Assembly (NCBI GenBank): GCA_030390025.1 | Contig: CM059427.1 | Location: 167,214,001-167,278,000, forward strand | Length of the DNA stretch: 64,000 nt | Direction of reading: 5' to 3' | Source: Squalus acanthias | Lineage: Eukaryota | Part shown: positions 26,271 through 41,653 of the stretch, piece by piece | How positions within the stretch are numbered: position 1 is the stretch's first letter | Layout: each line of letters begins with the position of its first letter | Notes under the pieces: generated by a model | What the model saw: only the letters and a program-made list of their open reading frames with translations | Told to the model about the DNA's origin: nothing | Databases searched by the model: none | Program-made: the position numbers and the translations under genes

Positions 26271-27620
26271 GAAAATGAATAGAGTTTTCAGAGGGAAATC
26301 TGTCGTTCTAAGGGTTAAAAATGTATATTAAGCTACAGCTTGATTTTAAACACATAATGGTTTTTAGATATGTGTGTTAATGTATTGCGCTGTGTTAGTA
26401 ACCACTGTAATACAATAATCAAACTAGCAAAGCAACAGTCTGTGTATAATCCGGCTTGAGCATTTCTTGGGTCTGTTGTTTTTGAAGAGTCATCAAGATA
26501 AGCAATAAGTGAACATACAGACGTACATTGATCCATGCTGTGCAATCTGAAAATGTCTGCCTTTGTTAATGAACCTATAGAGACATAGGTCTGTGCACTA
26601 AAGATATTCATTGGCACTATCATTTGTTACAAGCAGTTTACAAGGACATAAATTATGTCAAAATGAAATTATGTCAAAATAAATCAAACCATCACTTGCA
26701 AGTAACATCATGACAAAAATGATGTATGGCTATTTCCTCCTAAACTATAACAAGGCTTGCCAGGTTTGAGCAATTCCAATGAATGGTTACATTAACACAC
26801 AAGATGTTAACCTAACTTTCTCTTTCAGATCCTGATCAACCTGCTGTCCATTTGCAGCTTTTTATGTTTTTATTTAAGATTCACCAGATACTTTTTTCAT
26901 GAAGACAATATCACTGCAACTCATCCAACATAGCTGGAATATTCAAGAGCAGAAAGAAGTTCCTTCATAAAAGATTCTCTCTAACCCAGCTGCAAATCCA
27001 GACCTTGGAGTAACCTATGTGCAACTTTATCAAACCATTAAGAATAGAACAAACAACACATTACACATTTACTGAAATTGCTCAGTTTTAAAAAAAATAA
27101 CCCTAGTCTTTATGGGTGCCAACATTGCACCAGTACAGGGGAGGAGGTGAGGTGATGCAATATAAATGTGATGATTTATAAGATGATACAAGCTGTAGTT
27201 TTCAAGTGTCAGAATGATCAATTACATTTGGTTTTTAGAAAAATTCCTGGGTTCTTCACTCAGTCAAGAGTGTACTTACTGTTATGGCACCTGCTGGAGT
27301 CAAACAGTAACTTTGTGTGTTCTCAGGTGCCCTGTGCTGACACGTTGAAATAGAAGCAATGTATTTTTTCTTAATTTATAGGACCACATTTTCAGTAAAG
27401 TTGCTAAGATCTACGATAGAATGATGTTAATAGAGAACACTTAGTGACTCATTTCCTCAGGTTGTTAATGTTCTGTGTTGAAAAAGAATGTATTATGTCC
27501 AATTAAGAAATTGCATTTTTATTTATATTGACTGTTACCTAAAATGTTAAAAATTAACAAGCTGGATTAGTGCCAGGCTGCAATTAGGCCAGTTTCTCCA
27601 GGTCCCATCTCTCTCTGTTG

Positions 27621-27690
27621 TTATACTACCAATTTAGTGCTAAATTTACATTCGCATTCACATAAATTTGACACTAAATTGGTGGTGTAA
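27621..27690. repeat. 28-bp-arm inverted repeat with a 14-nt loop
   Basis: TTATACTACCAATTTAGTGCTAAATTTA ... TAAATTTGACACTAAATTGGTGGTGTAA. Confidence 0.75.
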
Positions 27691-30099
27691 TAGCCCAGTA
27701 AACCATTTTCTTTTCAAACCAATGTCCCTACCGCATCTCTAGTTAGAATGTCAAAAAGCAGAGTTCCACTTAGCAATGATGTCTTTATTCCAGTGGAACA
27801 GTTATAGCCAGCACCTTGCCCAGAAACCTGATCACAAAGTTAGTGGATTTGACTGAACATTGATTTCTTGCTTCCAGTGGGACCATTGTAGCCAATGCCA
27901 TGTCTTTTGAAATCTACCAAACTGCCCCCTGCCCAGGCAGTTGGCTCATTATGTGCAAATGGGCAAAACACATGACACACATTGGGCACGCTCGCTCATG
28001 TCAACTTCGGGGGAACAACTTGCCAACTCAACGGCACTGGGATATTAATGATCTGCAATTAAAAAGCACCTGCAAAATTTGTATGCAATAAACTTCCCAC
28101 CTATAAAAACACCCAGGAATAAACATTTATTGAAACAAAAGTGTGAATCCCAAAGAGTATTTTAATCCCTGGATTGGTACCAAAAGTGGAATTCAAACTA
28201 CAGTTATCCTAGAATAATTTAAAACAGTTTAACAGACTCTCCCACCTTCCGACCGATATCTTTCTAAAGTTGACAAATATTACAGGCACTGTTCAGAAAG
28301 TTAAATTATTAGTCCAAGTTGCATCTGTGAAAGCTAAGATCACGGTTGATATAAACACTGATAGGGCCAAGAGAGAGAGTAATAATTACCAGGAGCAGTT
28401 TGGGGACTGACGGCGTGCTGCTCCCCTAATGCTGCAGGCCAGTGGGAGCCTCGGGGTATGTTTACTCTGTAACTCAGCTCTAATGTATTGTACACCCACG
28501 CATGCGCAAATGAAACCAAAACATTAATAATTCTAGGCAAACACAACTTCTGCGCTGTTAGCACAGCTTTATACTGCTGTCACATATATAACAGTCCAAA
28601 GTGAGTATTGCTCCATCCCCCTAAGGGTTGAGCCGCAATATTGAGTTGACCTCCTTCATTTGGAGAAAAAACATACTGGTCGGGACTGTAAGACCGACCC
28701 CGTGCATGGAACAAGAAGCTTTCTCTATCCTCTTCTAAAGACTTATTTGGGGGAAACCAAGGGGCCTCGTTGTAAACCGGCTCTTTCCAACTCCATTCAA
28801 AGTTCCCAGAAGAACGCAAGGTAGATTTTAAAATGACAGTTTTAAAATCATCCAAACATTTGCCATCTATAAGGGAGCCGGTCAAAATAATGGCTCTAAT
28901 CGTATCCTAACGCAACTTCCCTACACTTCTTTTGTTTCTATAATCTTAAGTTTTGTATAAAGAGTCTAAAAAAATGATAAATTATTCAGCGGGGTATTTT
29001 TCTAAATTTGACAAAAGAAAAGATAGAGCTAAGGGAATGATGGCGCCAAATTTTACCTACTGGGGAATTATATTTCTATTTGAAAACCCCAAATAAATCC
29101 TACATTTACAAAAGACCGGCCTGATTGAAGACTGTGTCCCATAGAATGACAGAACCAGTATAGAAGGCATTGTGTGTGCTGTAAAAATGTCAAGAACACT
29201 AAACGACACCCTTTTCGCTAAAGATTCTGTTACTTTTCCCGAAATGATTGCTACATAAAATTAAAACAATATATTTCTGGGACCACCTACACCCTGTTGT
29301 TCTGCTGAGCTGCTTCCCATTTTGATTGATTTATTGCAATATAGCTTTCAACAAAATAGCTATACAGTAATGTTATAACCCCCAGGATATTATTGTTAAA
29401 ATTAATCACTAAATCCCACTTGCGTACTCTTGCTGTCATGAGGAAAACAAGTGGGATTTTAATATTTATTTAAGTGTACAGAGCCCGGCAGCACTGGGAT
29501 CATTAGTACTATTCACTAGATAACGCAAGACAGAACATTCGTTTAGAACGGGTAAGAATGATCTGAAATTGGAAAATAAGTTTTTAAAAAGTTAAACAGA
29601 ATTTCACAGACAAGAAATGGTCCAAATTGCAGCCACTTCGTTAATTCTGGAGCGTTTTCCCTTTTTGAGGTACAGTTGAACATTTAATTTATCTCCATGA
29701 ACCTGATACTGCTCATATATCCAAAGCAACTGTAAACTTTCAGATTATTTAACATGAAAACAAATTAAGACGAGTCAAAATGTTTGAAACCTTGTTAACT
29801 ATTAAGTAATACAGTATCTTGGATCTTACGAGCTTCTCTACTGTAAGTGTTAAAATATCTGTTAAAAATGTAATTTATGGATTTCCCATACGGATCAGAT
29901 CGAGTGGCCCTGGTATGTGAGGAGATGATAAATTACAACCGCTGCTCGATCGCCTCTCGCACCCACCAGAAAGGCCCATCTGCATTTTATGGGTTTACAG
30001 ACCTGAGCCCAAGAAAACCACCGGAGTAAAATTCCTCAGGTGAAGGATAAAACCGTGTATTTGATGCACCAAAATTAAGGTATTTAAAACGAATAGTAT

Positions 30100-30360
30100 G
30101 CAACAACAACAACAAGTTGTATTTATATCGAGCCTTCAACGAGCTAAAAAGTCCCAAGGCCTTCACAGGAATGTTATCAAACAATTTGACACCGAGCCAC
30201 ATAAGGAGACATTAGGGCAGTTGACCAAAAGCTTGGCCAAAGAGATAGGTTTTAAGGAGCGTCTTAAAGGAGGAGAGAGGCTGCGAAGTTTGGGGAGGGA
30301 TTTCCAGAGCTTCTGGCCTAGGCAGCTGAAGGCACGGCAGAGATCTCGACGGGTTGTATA
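30100..30360 (-). mobile_element. L2-derived 3' end
   Basis: Matches 16227-16520. Confidence 0.8.
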
Positions 30361-33300
30361 CAGACAGATCTCCATGTTAAACGGGCGAATCAATTGATTC
30401 GGTGCTTCATATAAAGCAGCAGTCCGATTAATTTTGCTCGAAGCGAAATTATTCTTTGAAACTCCATTAAAGCTCATTAAATATATTATTCCATATTGTC
30501 GAACAAATATCAGCACAGCGTGTTAATATTTCATACATTAATGATGAATATAGTCCTTGCCATTTTGACACATCGATTGAAACTGCCCCAAAAGTTGACT
30601 TAGACTTTCTATTTCCACCGTCTGCTAAGGCTGGTATTGCGTGTTATTACCGATACTACTAACTTTACAATATTATTAGTTGAACGTCGCACTGAGACAA
30701 AAGAAATACATAAATCAAAGGATTATGTCTGGCCAACTCATGCATATATTGTAAAACAAACTTTCAGCAGATGTCTAGATTTTGATTCTGTGTTTTTGAC
30801 TTCTTGTAGGTCGCAGCATATAGATAAATAAATCGTCTGTTCATTCAGCACAAACCATCGGTGCAACACCGGATTCACAGCAACAGTTGTGGGGGGAAAA
30901 AAACACCTGAGCCTTATCAGGATTTTTTTAATAGAAATTATGCTCTGACCATTTTTATATCGCGTCAGTGTATCAATTTTTCCCATAGTCGGGCGGCAGT
31001 GCCCTCGCTACCACAGCCTGATAGCCTTGTAACGACAACTAAACAGATGAGCTGTAATTAAAGTGCATTGAATGAGAGCCAGGAGTACACTGCCCTGTTT
31101 GCCGAAAATAGCAGGAGAACAATCTCTCCACAACTCTGACAAGAAAATTACTGCATAATTTACTCATTTACTTATTTCGCCGTTTGAGACCCAATTTACG
31201 GATTTAGACTAATTTGACTCCCTGCCTTTCCAGGCCGTAGGGTCAAATATCGTCGTAAACCTGCGGGTTTGCAAAACGCCTTCTGTGTTGCTCTTCGCAT
31301 GGTGCAACTCACATCCCATGATTAATTAAACAACCTTTTTTTTTAAAAAGAGAGAATATCGCTTCCCCGTGCCCAGTCCATATAATCTATCCAGTTCATT
31401 CTTTTTGTTTAAAGATTGTGCCATTCTTCACACTGGCCTTTCCCCCACAGTTATCAGCCCGCCACCCGCCACCACTATTTCTGTGTGCGCCGGCTCGGAT
31501 AGAAGCTGGCCGCTCAGTTCATAATGTCCTGCAATTAAAAAGGCATGAAACTTTTTTTTTTGAAGGAACTACTGTAGAGATTTCAGTAGCCAAGTTAGAG
31601 GTTTCAGGGCAATTTCACCTCTAAATCTTTCCAAACACCTCAGAAGGAAGAAAAAGCGAGAAATAAGGTACAGCAAAAGAAAAAGCGAAAAGATGCACAG
31701 TACAGTACCAGCAGGGAGTCGGGTTTTCTGAATATAGTTGATCAGATACACTACCTGATCAAACACGGAATCCCAACTTCCAATTCAGATCCGTTGCATT
31801 GCAATGAATTCCCAATAATGTAAAGTTTAAATCCTGATCCTTTTAAACTAGGCATTATTCTCCGTTACTCTTGTTTAATGTCCATCTCCTGTAACGTGAT
31901 CACCGCGTTGCCCGTGTGTATAGACACCGGCCGATGTTAGACTCCTTCGTTGTGTAACATTTACGTTTGTTAAGGCTTCCTATCTGATCCGAATGGCCGA
32001 TTAAACTGACTATGGTACAAGGATATTATTAGCTCGAGTTTATAAGTATATGATCCCAGCATAATCCTAATTCATGCAGAACATTCTTGGCTAAGTAAAT
32101 ATTTTTTGGGCATTCTGAAATGTAAGACAATGTAGGTACACTCCCCGTGGTAAATCCTTTACAAGGAATATTGTCTGATTTATTACAGTTTACTGCTAGG
32201 ATTACACAGCATAGAAATCTGAAGCACTAATGCAAATACCATTTGCTTAAAATAGTTAATTCCTTTGACATATGTGAGTGGTCTATGTCAGAAAATAACT
32301 AAGGTAAGGGCTTTCGGAATGTTTGTTGTCTATAAATACCTCCTTAATATTGTCCTTTATTTTAGATTTCTAAATTTAATTCTTTCACATCTTTAAAAAT
32401 GGCTTTTCATTAAAATAAGGAAGACATGTTACCAACTTCATTCCTACCTTTTGCCATTTAGTTTGTAAACACAGTATGCTATTGCCTTTCAAAGTTACAA
32501 CCCAGCTATAGTCAATAATGCAATTATCAAATCCGGATTTGCATCGCTTTTGTTTAACGAGTTTGAATTCTTCAGGCTTTTCAGCAATATACTGCGGTGC
32601 TGTTTTCCATTTTCAGCTCTTTCTATTTGAATTTAAAAAAAGTACTGCTGTTTCCTTAGAGCGTGGGAGAGTGAAATGTGCATTGTGAGGTTTTGAGAAC
32701 AGTCACGTGGCCACAGGCATGCACCTGGGATCAACAGCTATAGATTAAAAACCATCTGTGTCTGAAGCCGTTTTATGACAAATACCAAAATATATCTAAA
32801 AGTAAGAACCATGAATTAAATTAAACCCAGCACAATGGCGAGAATGCAACGATTATTTCTCTGCTCGTTTTAAACTCGTAACTTTGCTTCTGAGCTTGTT
32901 TATTAATTTAGTTTGTTGAAACATTTGTACATAAATTGAATTTTACTTTGAAATAACGGCACCAACGTTTTATATGTCAAAACAGTAGGGGACAAAATCA
33001 TTAAAATCATGTCTATTGAAAATGAATATATGACACCATCAACCTGATGATTCAGGCCGTAAATGTATTACATGGTATGGTACCGAGCCTTGAAGACCAA
33101 GAAGATCCCAAGGCCAGCTCCTGGTCTGTGCAAAGCTAACTGATCTCAGCCGGAATGATGGTGGAGTCCTTGGACGAGGAAGGTGAAGAATTAGCCAGTG
33201 TACAGGCTCCTGGTGGAGGTTTTGAAAGTTATGGATGGTTTTCATAGAGTGAATAAAAAAGACTAACTCCTCTGGTTGAGGAGTCAGTAACAATGGGCGA

Positions 33301-33414
33301 TCAATTTATTTTATTTTTAGTTATTTGTTCACGGGATGTAGGAAACGCTGGCAAGACCACATTTAGTACTCATACTTATTAGCCCGAGAAGGTATTGGGC
33401 TTCCTCCTGTTGTC

Positions 33415-33700
33415 AATGAGTTACAGTGTTTTTACTTCCATCAGATTTGCTAATCCAATTTACTTCACTCTGGTACAACCATTCTTCCCAAGTCAAGCTC
33501 CCCTCCATGCTCCTCCTGCCAATTAGAATCCATTTGAGGACTGCAAGTGGAATGCTTTCTTTGTTGATCCTTAGCAGATGGCTGATCCAACTCCACTTTC
33601 TTTTGCCGATCTCATCTTCTATTGGGGTTGTGTCCATTTCCTTTTGATATTCCATTTGGCCAAAAAATTTCAATTTTTTTCTTGCATAACTATAATTGAA
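33415..33700 (-). mobile_element. RTE-clade LINE C-terminal fragment
   Basis: PIEDEIGKRKWSWISHLLR...AVLKW...GRR resembles the RTE ORF end (RRRWRWIGH.LR...W.P.GKR). Confidence 0.55.
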
Positions 33701-33789
33701 AATGTCTCACGCTCCAGATATCAGTTGCTGACAACCTGCAATTCTTCTTCACTCTTACTGCATCAAAATATAAAACAATTACAGAGTAA

Positions 33790-34195
33790 GAAAGAAAGAA
33801 CTTGCATTTCTATAGAACCTTTCACGACCCCAGGGCACCTCAAAGTGTTTCACAACTGATGAAGTCACTGTTGTAATGTAGAGAAACACAATAGCTAACT
33901 TGCTCACAGAAAGGTCCCACAAACAGTAATCAGATAAATGGCCATTTTTTTTTAGTGATATTGGTTGAGGCATAAATGTTGGCCAAGACATCATGGGAAA
34001 TCCCCTACTCTTCTTCAAAAGGGAACATCGATTTTTAACATCCACCTGAGAGGACATACAGGGCCTCGGTTTAACATCTCATCTGAAAGATGGCATCTCC
34101 AACAGTCCAAAATCCCTCAGTACTGCACTGGGGTGTCAGTCTGGATTATGTGCTCAAATCCTGAAGTGCGAACACTGAGCCAAGGCTGACACTCT
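33790..34195 (-). mobile_element. Near-complete Deu-type tRNA SINE
   Basis: Head at 34170-34195, central domain, L2-like 3' end with (AAAG)n. Confidence 0.8.
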
Positions 34196-36959
34196 AAGAT
34201 CCGAGGGGGGGGCATTCATTTCCAAAACTGATATTTGTTCTCATTTTAATTTTGTAGCCAGCATTAAAACATTTTTAGCATTTTTATTATATCATTTTTT
34301 TAAAGTCCTGATCATTGCACTGTATCTGGACTGCAGTGTTTCTTACTAATCACAGAATCTGAAGATTTTAGACATTAATCTCATATTCTATGTTAGATGG
34401 ACACTATCTTAATGAAAATGTGTTTGACAAATCCTTCCATTATTGTGTAAAACAACAAAATTACATAAATTGTGTTAAAACACATATCAAGTCACTTGTG
34501 ATATCACCGTGAAGAAAATGAAAGGGTCAACAGACATTTCTCGCGAAGAGAGGATCATTAGTATTAGTTTAATATTAAGGTCACTGATTTGTAGTTTCCA
34601 TGAAAAAATGAATGTCACATGATATGGTCCCCCAAAAAATCAGTAATGTCCCAGAAAATCCTGTAATCCCATGTAATAAAAACAAACTATGGTTTATTCA
34701 GTCATAGATAAATAGATGGAATTTGATCCCCCAAATACCGGTGACAATCCCCGAATTTCATGTCATGAAAACAGCATTTGAATTATTCAGTCAGGGTTAG
34801 CATTGGGGCAAAACCATTTAAAATCTTAACAAATGAAATACTTTACAGTGATGTGATTAACCACAGCACTAGAATTAGTGTCCAGGGTTATGTTTATGAT
34901 ACAGTTGAATCTTCCCACTCTTTAAAGGAATCATATGCAGCCAAGGAAACACCCAAAGAATCCAAGCTATGATTCCAAATAACCAACACCATCCCAGCTC
35001 CTCCTCAGTATTGCTAAATGCTACACTGTGTAATGCTCTAAGTAATGGCGACAATATTGGACACGTCTTCTACAAACACAATTACAGCCAGGAAGCCACA
35101 TGAAGAAAAGTAAATAACTTCGTGCTATCCTGGGGAAGCTATAATGCTTACATGAGTCAATCATACTTCAAGCAGAACCTCAACTCCAAATATTCTCTGG
35201 AAAGACTGAACATAACTAGTTAGGACATAACTAACTAAATCACATTGTTACTTATATAAAATCTGAAATTGTGTTGGAAGAGTTCCGTGGATTATTTGCA
35301 TTGGGTGGGTAGGTGATTAACTAGTCAGTCGGATGTTACTGTATTGTGATGATACAGAGCTCTGAAAGATCCAGTATTGCACTGCAAGAACAATTGTTCC
35401 ACAATATGGCTCATATGGATGCCACGAATGAAATGAAAGAATACGTGTGTGTTTCCTAACAGTTTAAAAGCTGCTGCAGCAAACTCATACTGCACAATTG
35501 CAAAGAAAATACAACGTGACTTTTGAAACATTCCCAACGATTGCGAATCTATTTACTACTTTACACAACAGCTGTATAAAAGTGTAAGCATTTTGGCTGC
35601 AACACAATGCTAGGTTCAAATGACTTTACAATCCGCTATCAAGCTTTGTTCTCGCGATTTATGATGCCACATGAACCCTTTGTAAAAATTTTCCAGATAT
35701 CAGTTATTCATTGTATGATTCTCTCCACTTTCTGACACTGTCTCTCCTTGTACCCCACTTTCCTGTCTCTCGTACATATATATATACATATGCATAAATG
35801 AAAATTAAAAACAGAGCAAATCAAGCTAATTATAACTGCACAAGATAAATTCATTGAATTTAAAGCTGTGACAAACCACTCATTCCTCGTTGAAAAACTT
35901 GTAACAATGTCACTATTTGTAATTATCATGCAGGGTCTGGTACTATACTCCGTTGCTAAGCCACTTCTTTATCCTAAAACAGGCAATAATTTGGCCCCTT
36001 CTAAGAAAAAACGTACAATGGAAACATTTTGAATATGTTTATTTAATATACGCAGAGGAAAATGATGGTAATAAATATTTTATGCTGTGTCTACTTTCTC
36101 CATATACCTGTATCACACATGTGGCCCCAAAACTGTGGGAATATAAATCATATTTTCACACGTGTGAAGTCATAAGTATATTCAGCTGCAGAGCTAGGAC
36201 TACTTTCTGGCTAATTCCTCTGTCCCGGTAACTAGAATATGAGCCAGCCTCTAACGCCACCCCCCTCCCAAATCCCGTCTGCGGCAGATGTTATGGTAAG
36301 TGGCGCCCCAGCCTCAAACTCAACCTAGCAGAAGTTTGATTTATTTCTTAGTCATCCTGCTCATTTTAAATAATTAAAAAAAAACACATCTGTTTGAATG
36401 CATTATTGTCCTTGTAGGGGAAACCAAACGAACTTCATTACTGAAAACATTAAGATTCTTTTTATTTCTATGTAGTTATATTGAGCCACAAATCTTAAGA
36501 ACGTATCATACTGGCTCTGTAACTGGGTATTGATATGAGAGGCCAGCGGATTCAATACTTAATCCACATTTAGGGGATTTTGAAGAGTGTAACGATTTCT
36601 GAAGGGGATCATATAATGTAATGGAAAGTGATAAAGTGCACTAAACGCTAACAATAATCCCCATCCAATTCATATAAAAATCTATTTTTGAATTATTTTA
36701 TTAATTCAAACTGTTTTACAACCAGAATAAGGAATGGTAGGCTGCCGGAATCCTGGATTTTACTTCTGGGAATATTGCAGTTCATTAAATTATCATTCAT
36801 AGTGCATTAATTATGAGTGTGGTACATAATTAATTGACTGAAGAAATAAAAGGTTTTAGGAATTCTGAAATCTTGATTCTCTGGGTCTTTACTGTATAAT
36901 CTCTAATATTAAATTGTAATTATTGTCGACCTGTCGCTTTACTGAATTTGGAAAGAAAA

Positions 36960-37411
36960 TTCTTAATCGCCACTTTACAATTGGACTTGTTTAACGGCCC
37001 TGTTGAGGTGAATTGTGTCTTGTGATTTGGCGGACGCTGGGAGCTTGTTTCCCCAGATTAGCTCAGTCGAGTTCTGATGTTTTGTGGGTGGTGACTCATC
37101 AGCAAAAACTAGGAGGAATCTTCTGGCAGTGGGAGGAGTTCTATATCAGCTCCGCCACCTTATCCAGGCGGATCATTCCTGCCCTCGGCACAGTATACAA
37201 ATCCAGCTCCTGCCTTCCCAACACAATCCACACAGGCTTCAAATGTTCGGCTGAAGCATTCAGCCTGACTGTTAGAAAAGGCATCATGTTTCATTGAAAG
37301 AAACCAATATATATTTATTTTATTGAACATTCGGATCTTATCCTGTGGATATAAGTTAAACGAAAAATCGATGAAATAGTAAAAGAACGGTGAACTGTTT
37401 TTCAAGGTGCG
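36960..37411 (+). promoter_or_regulatory. Proximal Pitx1 promoter and 5' UTR
   Basis: Immediately upstream of the ATG. AP-1 site TGACTCA (37092-37098), GGGAGGAG box, TATA-like CTATATC near 37141. Start site not determinable. Confidence 0.55.
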
Positions 37412-37559
37412 ATGAATGTGGAGCGACTAGCTGAAAGCGGAAGATCCCAGGCTCCTTGTGACATGGCTGCTTCTAGTTTCCCTTTGCTGCGGCGGTCGGG
37501 TGAAAGCAGAGAACGATTAGAAAACACGGCTAGCGAGTCTTCGGACACGGAAACTGCAG
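37412..37559 (+). CDS. pitx1: Pitx1 proximal first coding exon (MNVERLAESG...LENTASESSDTETA)
   Basis: Matches the PITX1 N-terminus (MSLERL...HDM...LENSASESSDTE). ATG has G at -3. Donor G|gtaatg at 37560, phase 1. Confidence 0.92.
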
Positions 37560-38385
37560 GTAATGGATGCACCGAGTTCCCTATGTTGGTAGAAGTAGTA
37601 CTCCGGAGGGAGAAAATGACCTTCCGACCGTTTCTGATATCAAGTCTCCGGAATAAAGCCAGACACCAAGATTTATGAGTGTTTGCCCCTTGTGTAGAAA
37701 TGAAAGGAATGATAACCAGTGCATAGTTAAATCTAAAAGTAAACGTCAGATTTCCGTGAAGCTATTTTTGCCAACCCTCCTTCTGTTCATTGCATGGTAA
37801 AGCGAGATAAATACGTGATCGAGGGATAAAAGCTGTCATCATAAAAGCACATTTTGTTCTGTTAAATGTTAAACGTTAATGTTTAACCCAGTTCGTTGAC
37901 AGAGTGACAGAATGAAACAGGTTTATGTGTTGCACACATGACTGCCGTTTTGGGGCTGTTTGCGAATGGCTCCTTGTTGATCAGCGGGTTTGACAGAGAC
38001 GATGAGTGAAATGGAGCCGCGTTGTATGCTCTGAACCGTCAGTGTACAACTGAATATTAACCGTTTATAAACTCGCATTAACTGTGTAGCTTTTTATGAC
38101 CGTGTCGTGTTTTTTTCCTGACAATAATCCGCGTGTCTTAAAACAAATGCAAGTGCAAGAGCAATTCCTAAACAGCGCAATCTTGATAATAATATTGACA
38201 CTTGACCACTGTAAAAATTATCTTTTACTGATCCCTCATTGCTATTGCCGGTCTTGCACCTGAATCAGTCTCGTATTTTGATGCCGTTTGATCACTGATA
38301 AACGCACTGTGTCCATAACAATTAACTGTTTCTTTGGCAATTGTAACACCGCTTTTTTTATCAGGTTCTGGCCGAGTTATTGTAA

Positions 38386-38870
<485 letters not shown>

Positions 38871-41104
38871 TTTTTGATCAGTTCCATTTATTTTTTTCAA
38901 TACCGACCGAAAACTGATAGTATCAAGGATTAACTTACACAACTAGGGATCCATATACATACTATAACTATATGATCCACACTATAACCATATGAAATAT
39001 TTACTCATTGTCCATTCTACAATTAAAGTGTGTTAAAATGTTCGACATACGGTTCGATGTGTATAACTAGTAGATATCGCAGTATTTCTTGACATTGGAA
39101 CAATATAAACAATGTGGAATTAAAGTGGCTTATATATGGAAATACTATTTACTGCAATGATGCTTATGAGATTGAATGAGGTAGACCAGTAGTTGTTGGA
39201 ATAGTGCAATAGGAATCAATCACACAGGACACTTGCCGCGCTATGGTCCCAAATAAGGTAGAACAGAAGCCTGAGTAATTCGGTTCAATCAGTCAAGCGC
39301 CATTTATAATAAAATGTGAAAAATGAAAAGTTTCATGCATTTCCTCAACATGACTGCCTTTTGGAGCTCTATTCGAACTCCAATACTGTCCCGAGGATTT
39401 ATTAAGAATATTTAATCAGAGTAAACTGTCCGAGCTCTCAAAGCGCATGTTCGTGGAAGCCCTGGTGATGAAGATCAATGAGCACGAATACTATGTTATA
39501 ATCCACATAAAATGATTACATCATGCACTTTGTCTTTAAATAAACTCGTGTGTTTGCCCCTGAGAACTCTGTTGACTGGTAACCAAACAAGTTTTAATGT
39601 GTTCCAAACATTTGCAGTGTCAGCTCTATAGATGGAAGAAACCACTGTTCGGGAATATATTTGTATTCCTACAAGCCAAACTGAGCTCACGGCGGTTACA
39701 ACCATTACCAGGGAAACAACCCGTGTTAGTGAGCGGGTAATGAGCACCTATATATTTCTCAGTGTGTTTTCACCTGAAATACTGACAATAACCCCATTGT
39801 CTAGTATTTTTTCAGACCGTAAAATTAGACACAAATGTTTTGCAATTTCTGTTAACCCTGCTATTACGAAATCTTACAACATTCCCTAAAACTAATAATT
39901 ATCCAGTTAATTTCAATGTCATATTCTATTAATTTTCAGCGAGAAGAATAGCAGAACAGCCCAGTAGATTAAAAAGAGCTTCCATAATTATAGGATCATT
40001 GATTTATTTTCTACATAAATGCAGCTTACTAGAAGGTCCGTGGGAAACGCTACCATTGAAAAGGGATTTATTCAAGAACCTCTGCTGGCCATGTAGCTGT
40101 CTCCTTATCTCATTTATATAAATAAAATGCGGTTTTAACTGAAGCAAATCGGGTGGGTTTCGCCAGTTGGCGCTCTTTATATTGCTGCTACAACAACCAT
40201 GTACTGTCCGGCCAGGCGGTCATTACTAAGAATTGATTATGCGTTTACGTATGATTCTATGAATTTTGTTCAACGTTGCCTTCCTTCCCGGAAACACAAT
40301 GAGCTGTATCAGTAGTGTAATGATTCTCAAAGTGACAATAGTCGCAGGTGGGAAGTTAATAGCGATGAGCTTTATTGTGTTCTACTTTCAGAGGGATCGA
40401 AATATTTTGCATTATAAAACAGGCAGAAGGTTTCCGATCTGAATTGTGGACTGTTCTCGAAAGGAAGCGAAGCCGTTTCTCTGAAACTCGGCTTTTAACC
40501 CTTTCTCAGAGCGCCCATTGATCAGTTCAATTAAATTCAGAATCAACCATCTTGGTGCTTATCAGATTTAACCCTCTCTATAAACAGATAAGATCACGGG
40601 CAGCAGATCCCACGCCTTTCAAAAGAAAACCTTCTAAGAGATGGAAACAAAAACCAAGCGAACGGCAGTTTAGATTTTAGCAGTAGTTTGAATGGAATGT
40701 CGAATTGCACAAAAATACATTACAATCTGTCGGCTTCTGTTGACATCTCTAACATTTTCAAATCGACGGGTTTCTTCTGAACATTTATACATTTGATATT
40801 CAGGCGGGTATGCGATCTCTTCCTCCGGAGTGTCCATACTCAAGTCACGTTTTTAAACACAAGTCCATAAAAGGATCATCTAAAGGGATACAGTGAAGGT
40901 GTTTAAATTCTAAGTTTAAGCATTTTTTCAAAAACTATGAACTGCCAAACTCTTTGTGATGTGTTTCTGCGAATTCGGTTGTTTTAAGCAGTAGATCCAG
41001 TTTCTTATTTCTTGTTGCTCTACATCACTGACAGCCTCGTACATTATATATGAGTACAACATTGATCATTTTAGATTCTGACTGGTCACTGTCTTCCTCT
41101 ATAG

Positions 41105-41653
<549 letters not shown>

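Noticed and set aside
26800-26890. Fourth hammerhead-bearing Penelope copy
   Set aside because: Only the degenerate downstream part remains; no catalytic core.
37560-37678. ORF extension past Pitx1 exon 1 (and the 38410-38422 and 38629-38685 extensions of exon 2)
   Set aside because: Intron read-through; homology stops at the splice sites.
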